From Pseudomonadota bacterium (lineage in GTDB: Bacteria > Pseudomonadota > Gammaproteobacteria > Burkholderiales > SG8-39): 37,644 nucleotides of DNA. Within the stretch, counting starts at the first letter, position 1. The number at the start of each line of letters is the position of its first letter. The stretch covers positions 1 through 37,644 of the forward strand of contig JANNWA010000627.1 of the NCBI GenBank assembly GCA_031408275.1. Direction: 5' to 3'. The translations under genes were made by a program, and so were the position numbers. Under the pieces are notes generated by a model that saw only the letters and a program-made list of their open reading frames with translations, was not told the origin of the DNA and did not search any database. Of this stretch, positions 27,639 through 34,692 are shown in pieces.

Positions 27639-28856
27639 TCAGCGTGCGCCCTGCTGTTTACCGCGCACCAGCAGCACGCCTGCCGCGCCGGCGAACGAAA
27701 GCACGGCTGCGCCGACGATGGGCGCGTCGTAACTGCCCAGGCGGTCGAACCCGTATCCCGCGAGGGGCGGCCCGATCAGGGTGCCGATCCCGGGCGCGGT
27801 GTAGAGCCAGCCGATGATGGCCGACACTGCCCGGCCACCGAAGATATCCATCACCACCGCCGGCAGCGTGGCGACGAAGCCGCCGTAGAACAAGCCTATC
27901 CCGACCGAAACGGCGGCCAGCGCCCACAGGCTCTGCGACTGCCACCACAGAAGGAAGCAGGCGCCGAGGCCCGCATACATCAGCGCGAGGGAGCGCAACC
28001 GCCCCATGCGATCGGCCAGCCCGCCGATGCTGAATCGTCCGAGCAGGCTTCCCAGCCCGATCAGGCTGACCAGCATCACGCCGGCCGAATCCGGGTGGCC
28101 CAGGTCGGTCGCATAGGGCGCGAGGTGCACCATGGGAACGAAGACCCCGATCGTCGGCAGGAATAACGAGGCGTACAGGATCCAGAAATCCCTCGACCCG
28201 AGCGCCTGCGAAAGCGTCGATCCCGCCAGTGGCTGGGTCGCAGCCGCGGGATCCGGCGTTTCCCCGGTGCGCAGCTCGCGGCGGGCGGGATTGTTGTCGA
28301 CGAACCATGCCGCAACACCAGCCAGCACCAGGGCAAACGCGGCGAGCACCAGGTAGGCGCCCCGCCAGCCGTATAACCCGATCCACCACGCGGCCAGCGG
28401 CGGCACGATGAGGTTGCCGGCGCCGATGCCGGACACGGCGATACCCGTGGCGAACGCGCGCCTGCGCATGAACCAGGGCTGCACCGCGCCTACCGAAGGC
28501 ACGTAGGTCAGCCCCACGCCCACGCCGATGCCGATGCTGTAGGTGACATAGAGCGCGGCAAGCGAAGGGGCGAAACTCGCCCCCGCCAGGCCCAGCGCGA
28601 GCGCGGCGGCGCCGGCCAGCGCCACCCGCCGCGGGCCGAAACGGTCGGCCAGCATCCCGGCCGGCGCGCCGAGCATGAAATACAGGAACGCGCACAAGGA
28701 GAACACGAGCGAGACATGGCCGCGCGGCGCGCCGAACTCGGCCTGGAAGGCCTTGAAGAACGCAGCAAAGGTGTACACGGCGCCGAAGCCCGTGAACATC
28801 AGCGTGAACGCTGCCGCTACGACCACCCAGCCCTGGTAAGCGTGGCGCCGGCTCAA
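27639..28856 (-). CDS. MFS transporter (oxalate/formate antiporter-like)
   Basis: 405 aa, about 12 TM. TTG start. GMLADRFGPRR matches MFS signature motif A. Confidence 0.8.
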   Translation of the reverse strand: MSRRHAYQGWVVVAAAFTLMFTGFGAVYTFAAFFKAFQAEFGAPRGHVSLVFSLCAFLYFMLGAPAGMLADRFGPRRVALAGAAALALGLAGASFAPSLAALYVTYSIGIGVGVGLTYVPSVGAVQPWFMRRRAFATGIAVSGIGAGNLIVPPLAAWWIGLYGWRGAYLVLAAFALVLAGVAAWFVDNNPARRELRTGETPDPAAATQPLAGSTLSQALGSRDFWILYASLFLPTIGVFVPMVHLAPYATDLGHPDSAGVMLVSLIGLGSLLGRFSIGGLADRMGRLRSLALMYAGLGACFLLWWQSQSLWALAAVSVGIGLFYGGFVATLPAVVMDIFGGRAVSAIIGWLYTAPGIGTLIGPPLAGYGFDRLGSYDAPIVGAAVLSFAGAAGVLLVRGKQQGAR

Positions 28857-28863
28857 GGGCCCC

Positions 28864-29982
28864 TCAGGCCAGCGCGCCGCGCGCCGTGATCGGCCACAGC
28901 GCCTCCACGACCCCGCCGCGCATGCACACGTACCAGTCGTACAGGTTCACCGTCGGGTCGCAGTGTCCGGGCACCAGCAACAGCTTTTCCCCGAGGGCCG
29001 GCGCGGTCGAGCCGGGTTGCACGTCGATCACGCCATGCTCGTCCGAGGCGCGCGCATAGGTCAGGCCGGGACGGCCCCACACAGTGGGCAACCCGGAGTC
29101 GACACTGGAGGCCTTGAGGCCGGCGTCGAGGACCGCGCGCCCCGGCACGGGCGTGCTCATGACGCAAGCGAGCACGAACAGGGAATGCTCGAACCGCGGC
29201 AAAGGCGGCGCCCATTCGTTTTTCGCGTAGTCGGCGTCCATGAAGATGTAGGACCCCGGCTGGAGTTCGTCGTAGACACCGCTCGCGGCCTCGAACATGA
29301 AGCTGCCGCTGCCCGCACCCGTGACGATCGGGCAAGCAATGCCGCTGGAAGCGATCAACTCGCGCGTGGTGCGTGCCGCCTCGATCGCTATCCCGATCCG
29401 CTCCTTGCGTTCCGTCATCGTGCGCACGTGCTGCGCGGAGCCCTGGTAGGCCTGCAGGCCCGCAAAACGCAGCCCGGGAGCACTCGATATGCGCCGCGCG
29501 ACTTCGAGCGCCGGGGCGCCCGGCGCGACCCCGCAACGGTGCGCGCCGACATCGATCTCGACGTAGACGTCGAGTTGCACGCCTTCGTTGCGCGCGGCCG
29601 CGCCGAGGGCGTCCACCTGGAGGACGTGGTCCACGCAGATGCCGATGCGGGCCCGCTTCGCAAGGCGCGCCAGGCGCGCGAGTTTCGAAGCCCCGACGAC
29701 TTCGTTCGACACCAGCACGTCGCCCACGCCCCCGTCGACCATCGCCTCGGCCTCGGACACCTTCTGGCAGCACACGCCGATCGCGCCTGCGGCGATCTGG
29801 CGCAGGGCGATCTCCGGGCATTTGTGCGTCTTGGCGTGCGCGCGGACGCGAACGCTGCGCCCGGCCAGGGCCTCGTTCAGCCGCCTGATGTTCGCCTCGA
29901 ACGCATCCAGGTCGAGGATCAACGCCGGGGTGTCGACCTCCTCGAGCCGCTGGCCCAGCCGCGCTGGAAGGATCGCGGTCAA
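28864..29982 (-). CDS. DSD1-family PLP enzyme (D-serine dehydratase / D-threonine aldolase-like, alanine racemase N-domain fold)
   Basis: The proposed TTG start at 29982 overlaps the upstream stop (TTGA). Motifs TPALILDLDAFE.N, PLP-Lys region RAHAKTHKCPE, and C-terminus LVPGHCDPTVNLYD. Confidence 0.8.
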   Translation of the reverse strand: MTAILPARLGQRLEEVDTPALILDLDAFEANIRRLNEALAGRSVRVRAHAKTHKCPEIALRQIAAGAIGVCCQKVSEAEAMVDGGVGDVLVSNEVVGASKLARLARLAKRARIGICVDHVLQVDALGAAARNEGVQLDVYVEIDVGAHRCGVAPGAPALEVARRISSAPGLRFAGLQAYQGSAQHVRTMTERKERIGIAIEAARTTRELIASSGIACPIVTGAGSGSFMFEAASGVYDELQPGSYIFMDADYAKNEWAPPLPRFEHSLFVLACVMSTPVPGRAVLDAGLKASSVDSGLPTVWGRPGLTYARASDEHGVIDVQPGSTAPALGEKLLLVPGHCDPTVNLYDWYVCMRGGVVEALWPITARGALA

Positions 29983-31154
29983 GCGGCGACCCCTTTCCCG
30001 CGCAGGGCGAGCCAGACGGCCGCAACCGCGACCACGGCGAGCAGGGGCAGCGCAAGCAGGTTTACCGTATCCCATCCGGCCCTCGACACGAGCAGGCCCG
30101 AGGTCAGCGACGAGACCACCATCATCGCGAAGATGCACATGTCGTTGGCGCCCTGGGCCTTGGCCTTCTCCTCGGGACGGTAGGTCTCGGTGAGCAATGC
30201 CGTCCCGCCGATGTACATGAAATTCCACCCGACGCCGACAAGCACCAGGGAAAGCCAGAAGTGCGCGACGTCCACCCCGTTCAGCGCCACCGCGATGCAT
30301 GCCACGTTCAGGGCTGCGCCGAGCAGGATGATGTTCAGCACGCCGAAACGCTTGATCAGCGCTCCGGCGAACAGGGACGGCGCGAACATGGCGATGACGT
30401 GCGACGAGATGACGAACGCCGCATCGCCGAAGGGGTGGCCGCACATGTCCATCGCAATCGGCGTCGCGGTCATCAGCAGGTTCATCACGCCGTAGCTGAT
30501 CGCACCGGACAGGACGGCCACGACGAACTTCGGCTGCTGCGCGATCTTCCACAAGCTGCGGCCGCCGCCCGCCTGCTCGGCCGCGGTGGGGTTCGGGATG
30601 CGCGTTGCGGACAGCAGCGCAATGGTGGCCATGCAGAAGACGATGAGAAAGAGATAGGCGCCGAGGAAACGATCCGCGAACGCGTCCACCGAGTAGCGGC
30701 TCATGCCGGGCCCGAGGATCCCGCCCACCAGCCCCCCGGCAAGCACCAGCGAAATCGCGCGCGCCTTGTAGCTGGCCGGCGATACGTCCGCCGCGGCGAA
30801 CCGGTAGTACTGGCCCGTTGCGTTTGACGCCCCGAAGATCAGTGTCCCCAGGCACAGCAGCCAGAAATCGTGCAGCCCGATCGCCAGGGCGCAGACCAGC
30901 GCCGCGACGATCCCCGTTGCCGCTCCGGCCATCAGTCCCTGGGTGCGGCCGACCCGTTTCATGTAGAGGGAGGCCGGCAGGGTGGAGATCGCGCCCCCGA
31001 GCACCCAGGTCGTCACCGGCAGGGTGCCAAGCGCGGGGTTGGTGGCAAGCGACATTCCCGCCAGCCCGTTGATCGAGGCAAGCGTGGAACTGTTGCTGAA
31101 CAGCATCGCCTGGCAGGCGGCCAGCAAAGCGACGTTACGGCGGGTACTGTCCAT
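29979..31154 (-). CDS. MFS transporter
   Basis: The internal ATG at 31154 gives 391 aa, about 12 TM. LYMKRVGRTQG is motif-A-like. The longer ORF-track N-terminus is Arg-rich and implausible. Confidence 0.8.
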   Translation of the reverse strand: MDSTRRNVALLAACQAMLFSNSSTLASINGLAGMSLATNPALGTLPVTTWVLGGAISTLPASLYMKRVGRTQGLMAGAATGIVAALVCALAIGLHDFWLLCLGTLIFGASNATGQYYRFAAADVSPASYKARAISLVLAGGLVGGILGPGMSRYSVDAFADRFLGAYLFLIVFCMATIALLSATRIPNPTAAEQAGGGRSLWKIAQQPKFVVAVLSGAISYGVMNLLMTATPIAMDMCGHPFGDAAFVISSHVIAMFAPSLFAGALIKRFGVLNIILLGAALNVACIAVALNGVDVAHFWLSLVLVGVGWNFMYIGGTALLTETYRPEEKAKAQGANDMCIFAMMVVSSLTSGLLVSRAGWDTVNLLALPLLAVVAVAAVWLALRGKGVAA

Positions 31155-31219
31155 ATGTACAGTATAATCCAGGGTAACCCGGCCCACGGGCCGCGAGGCC
31201 CATTCTAACCACCGCCCCC

Positions 31220-32353
31220 ATGCCAAACGACCTGCGGAGCGAAATGCATTCGATCCCCGTGCATGCGGCGCGCGCCGATGCGGCCGACAAGTCGCGCGGC
31301 GCGACCGACGCACGCCAGGGCCGCTTCGGGACGCAGGCGCGCGAATCCTTTGACGACGGCTGGACGCACGACGACGAGCCTTCGCCCGCACTTGAAACCC
31401 GGGTCACCGAGGAACGCGCGCGCTCGATCATCTCGACCAATGAATCCCCCGACGTTCCGTTCAGCCAGTCGATCAATCCCTACCGCGGCTGCGAGCACGG
31501 CTGCGTCTACTGCTATGCGCGCCCGAGCCACTCCTACCTGGAACTCTCCCCGGGCCTGGATTTCGAAACGAAGCTGTACGCCAAGACAAACGCGGTCGAG
31601 CTGCTGCGCACCGAACTCGGCCGCCGGGGCTACGTCCCCAGCCCGGTCGCACTGGGCGCGAATACCGACTGCTACCAGCCCGTGGAGCGGCGCTACCGGC
31701 TGACGCGGGGCATAGTCGAGCTGCTCGCCGAATGCGATCACCCGCTGACGATAGTCACCAAGTCGGCCCTCGTGGAGAGGGACCTCGACCTGCTCGCGCC
31801 GATGGCGAGGAAAAACCTGGTCCGTGCGTTCGTCTCGATCGGGACGCTGGACCGCACGCTGGCACGGCGGCTCGAGCCGCGCGCGGCCAGCCCGCAGCGC
31901 CGCCTCGACACACTGCGCGCGCTGTCGGCGGCGGGCATACCCTGCGGGGTGATGGTCGCACCGGTCATCCCGGCGCTGTCGGACAAGAGCATCGAGGAAG
32001 TCCTCGAGGCCGCGCAGGCTGCAGGCGCGCAGAGCGCCGCCTATATCATCATGCGCCTGCCGAACGAACTCAAAGGGCTGTTCCGCGAGTGGCTCGAAGT
32101 CCACTACCCCTTGCGCGCCGAACACGTCATGAGCGTGGTCCGGCAGCTGCGCGGCGGGAAAGACAACGACCCGCGATTCGGGGAGCGCATGACAGGGACC
32201 GGCCTCTTTGCCGACCTGATCGGCCGGCGCTTTGCGATCGCATGCAAACGGCTCGGGCTGAACGGCCGGGGCGAGGGAGGCCGCGAGCCGCCGAAGCTGG
32301 ATACGAAACTGTTCCGCCCGCCATCGCCCGCAGGCCAATTGAGCCTGTTTTGA
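31220..32353 (+). CDS. PA0069-family radical SAM protein
   Basis: 377 aa. INPYRGCEHGCVYCYARPSH carries the Cx3Cx2C cluster motif, followed by LSPGLDFETKL. The start is uncertain (alternative ATG at 31244). Confidence 0.85.
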   Translation: MPNDLRSEMHSIPVHAARADAADKSRGATDARQGRFGTQARESFDDGWTHDDEPSPALETRVTEERARSIISTNESPDVPFSQSINPYRGCEHGCVYCYARPSHSYLELSPGLDFETKLYAKTNAVELLRTELGRRGYVPSPVALGANTDCYQPVERRYRLTRGIVELLAECDHPLTIVTKSALVERDLDLLAPMARKNLVRAFVSIGTLDRTLARRLEPRAASPQRRLDTLRALSAAGIPCGVMVAPVIPALSDKSIEEVLEAAQAAGAQSAAYIIMRLPNELKGLFREWLEVHYPLRAEHVMSVVRQLRGGKDNDPRFGERMTGTGLFADLIGRRFAIACKRLGLNGRGEGGREPPKLDTKLFRPPSPAGQLSLF

Positions 32354-32394
32354 CAGCGTTCTTTGATATATATATTACTTTTAGTATTGTGACC

Positions 32395-32415
32395 GGCTGG
32401 AAACCCGCTCCAGCC
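32395..32415. terminator. Hairpin 1 between the convergent radical SAM gene and the adaptor operon
   Basis: GGCTGGA-aacccgc-TCCAGCC (7-bp stem), flanked by an AT-rich tract (32361-32390) that includes TATATATAT. Confidence 0.4.
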
Positions 32416-32418
32416 CTT

Positions 32419-32436
32419 GATTCCTTGAAAGGAATC
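32419..32436. terminator. Hairpin 2 between the convergent radical SAM gene and the adaptor operon
   Basis: GATTCCT-tgaa-AGGAATC (7-bp stem), followed by CTCAAAATTCTC. It lies 17 nt from the stop of the 32453-33805 gene. Confidence 0.4.
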
Positions 32437-32452
32437 CTCAAAATTCTCAGCT

Positions 32453-33805
32453 CTAGACGCCGAAGCTCTTGCGCAGGAACAGGATGGGCTTGCGCAGGAG
32501 GTAATACCCAAGGGAAACCTCCTCCGCGTAGACCTTTGCCGTTCCGCGCAAACCGATCCGCGGCAACTGGCCCGGCGCAAGCTGCGCCTTGACGACATAG
32601 GCGAGGCTGTTGTCCGGCATGGTGATCGTTTCGTAGCTGGTCTGCACGATCTTCGCCTTGAGCGGCGATAGCGGGTCGACATTCAGGAACACGGAAACTT
32701 CGCTGCCGAGGTCCAACTGGACGGCGTCCTCGGGCGGGACAAATACGGTCACCTCCACCAGCGAGGGATCGGCGATCATCATGATGCGTTCGCCGGGCTG
32801 CACCGGGCGGCCACGCCACTCCTCGGAATCGGAAAAGATCGCGAGCCCGCCCTGCGGCGCCGAAATGCTGTAGCGGTCGAGCATTTCGGACAGGAACGCC
32901 ACTTCAGCCACTTTTTCGCGCACTCGCGCTTCCAGGACGTTGAGCTCACCCTTGCTCGCATCGTCAGAGAAGGACTTGTTAATGGCGCGCTGCAGGTCCG
33001 CCTTGGCGATGTCGAGGGCCTTGACCGAGACCGCGAGCTTGTTGCGGGTGGTGGTGTCGTTGAGCACGACCAGGGGTTGGTCGGCCGCCACGATCTGGTT
33101 CGGTTGGACCAGAATCGAGTCGACGACCCCGTCCACGGGGGCAGTGATCGGAAACGGGCGCACGGGGGTGATTTCCGCCTGGGCCAGCGCGCTCAGCCGG
33201 ACGGGCAGGAAGGACAGCAAAGCGACTGCAAGCGCTGCCCCCATGATCAGGCGCTGGGTGGATGTCCGGCGCAGCCAGCGCTGCACGGGCCGGTAATCGC
33301 GGCGCCATGCCCAAAGCGCAAACCCGGTGGCCGACCCTATCCACTGCGCGATGGCGCGCTCGACCTCTTCGAACGGCTCGTCGCGCGCGAAGAGCAGCCC
33401 GCCAAGTACTATGCCTTCCGGGCTCGTCAGTGCGCAGTGGAGCAGCTGGTCGGGGGCCCATTCGGCCCCGTCCTGCGAAAGCGAATCGGGCAGGTCGGCG
33501 AGGGCCGCTGCGACCACGGGCTGGCCCGGCGCTTCGGAAAAGTGCACGGCCGCACGCGCCAGCCACTGCATGTAAGGCGCCTCGGGCGTGATCTCCGCCA
33601 GGCCGGATACCGCTTCCACCGACACCTGCGAGCGCAGGTCGTATTGCCAGATGACCGCCTGGTCGAAGCGCAATGCGCTGTAACCTTCGTTCACGGCCGC
33701 GAACGCAAGTTCGCGCAACGTCTTGCACGCCTGCAGCTTTCGCTGGAACTCCAGCAATTCTGCGGCGATATTGGTGCTTTTCGGCCCGGTTGCCGGTTCG
33801 GTCAC
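32453..33805 (-). CDS. HlyD-family periplasmic adaptor with a cytoplasmic N-terminal domain of about 185 aa (T1SS-type topology)
   Basis: 450 aa. The GTG start overlaps the upstream stop (GTGA). Single TM LIMGAALAVALLSFLPV (about residues 186-202). Lipoyl-like halves ITAPVDGVVDSILVQPNQIVAADQPLVVL and ISAPQGGLAIFS...GRPVQPGERIMMI flank a short coiled coil. Beta-barrel C-terminus. Confidence 0.8.
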   Translation of the reverse strand: MTEPATGPKSTNIAAELLEFQRKLQACKTLRELAFAAVNEGYSALRFDQAVIWQYDLRSQVSVEAVSGLAEITPEAPYMQWLARAAVHFSEAPGQPVVAAALADLPDSLSQDGAEWAPDQLLHCALTSPEGIVLGGLLFARDEPFEEVERAIAQWIGSATGFALWAWRRDYRPVQRWLRRTSTQRLIMGAALAVALLSFLPVRLSALAQAEITPVRPFPITAPVDGVVDSILVQPNQIVAADQPLVVLNDTTTRNKLAVSVKALDIAKADLQRAINKSFSDDASKGELNVLEARVREKVAEVAFLSEMLDRYSISAPQGGLAIFSDSEEWRGRPVQPGERIMMIADPSLVEVTVFVPPEDAVQLDLGSEVSVFLNVDPLSPLKAKIVQTSYETITMPDNSLAYVVKAQLAPGQLPRIGLRGTAKVYAEEVSLGYYLLRKPILFLRKSFGV

Positions 33806-34692
33806 GGTTTGGGACGATCAGGAAACACGGCCGTGCCCACCATGCCGGGAAGGAGCCCCTGGGTGGAGCCCTCGAACTTCGCCTCGAGCTCCAGCGACTG
33901 GCTCACGCCTTCTACACGCGCGTTCAGCTTGGACACGCGCGCGCGGTAGGTCCGCCCGTCCTGGGAGGTCCTTACCGAGAACTGCGAGCCGGGCCTGATC
34001 CAGCCGAGCCAGGCCGCCGGCACGTAAAGCTGCGCCTTAAGCGAGCCCGGATTGACGAGGTCGAGCAACGGCTGTCCCAGTGACACGCTTTCGGCCAGCT
34101 TGGCCTTGACCTTGACGAGGCGCCCGGTGAACGGCGCGACAACCTTGCAATAGGCGATCTGCGACTCGCGCAGCGTCACCTGGCTCCTCGCCTTGTCTGC
34201 CGCCGAAGCGGCGACGGTGACTTCGAGCTCCCCCGCCGCACCAAGCGCCTGCAGGCGCAGCTTGGTGAGGTGAGTCTCCCTGGCGCCCCGGTACTCGGCC
34301 TCGACGGACTGGAGCTGCGCCTCCTGCTCCTCGCAGTCGAACTCCAGGATGACCGCCTTCGCGGCGACGTTGTCGCCGAGCCCGTAATTGATCTTCTTGA
34401 TCTTCCCGGCCATCTGGCTTGAAAGGGTCGTCTCATCTCCGGACGTGACGAGTACGGAGATATCGCGATCCTCCAGCGTGGTGAACTGGTCGAGCAGCGC
34501 CCCCATCCCGATGCGGCTCGACGAGGCGGCCGGGGCCGCGCCCCCGGGAGCCGGGGACTGGGCCCTCGCCGCAGGTTTCGCCTGCCCGCCCGCAGCAGGA
34601 ACCTGGGCACCGGATTCGAACGGCATGATAACGATCAACGCCGGGAGTGCCACCAGGAAGGCTGCGACCCTATTGCGCAAGGCGGACTCCAC
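33802..34692 (-). CDS. HlyD/efflux-adaptor family protein (anchor-only N-terminus)
   Basis: The proposed GTG start at 34692 gives an N-terminal anchor AAFLVALPALIVIM. Alternatives are TTG at 34695 and the longest ORF start at 34746. Ala/Pro-rich linker, then SSQMAGKIKKINYGLGDNVAAKAVILEFD ... VVAPFTGRLVKVKAKLAESVSLGQPLLDL. The gene overlaps the TolC-like 3' end. Confidence 0.75.
   Translation of the reverse strand: MESALRNRVAAFLVALPALIVIMPFESGAQVPAAGGQAKPAARAQSPAPGGAAPAASSSRIGMGALLDQFTTLEDRDISVLVTSGDETTLSSQMAGKIKKINYGLGDNVAAKAVILEFDCEEQEAQLQSVEAEYRGARETHLTKLRLQALGAAGELEVTVAASAADKARSQVTLRESQIAYCKVVAPFTGRLVKVKAKLAESVSLGQPLLDLVNPGSLKAQLYVPAAWLGWIRPGSQFSVRTSQDGRTYRARVSKLNARVEGVSQSLELEAKFEGSTQGLLPGMVGTAVFPDRPKP

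Noticed and set aside
29983-30855. Upstream extension of the DSD1 ORF (track 28864-30855), and similarly 26764-27357 for TauE
   Set aside because: Both extensions run through the upstream MFS and SpeE-like genes in another frame. The family-typical N-termini start at the TTG codons that overlap the upstream stops.
31205-32338. 377-aa minus-strand ORF mirroring the radical SAM gene
   Set aside because: It is exactly antisense to a gene with an unambiguous Cx3Cx2C radical SAM signature. Shadow ORF.
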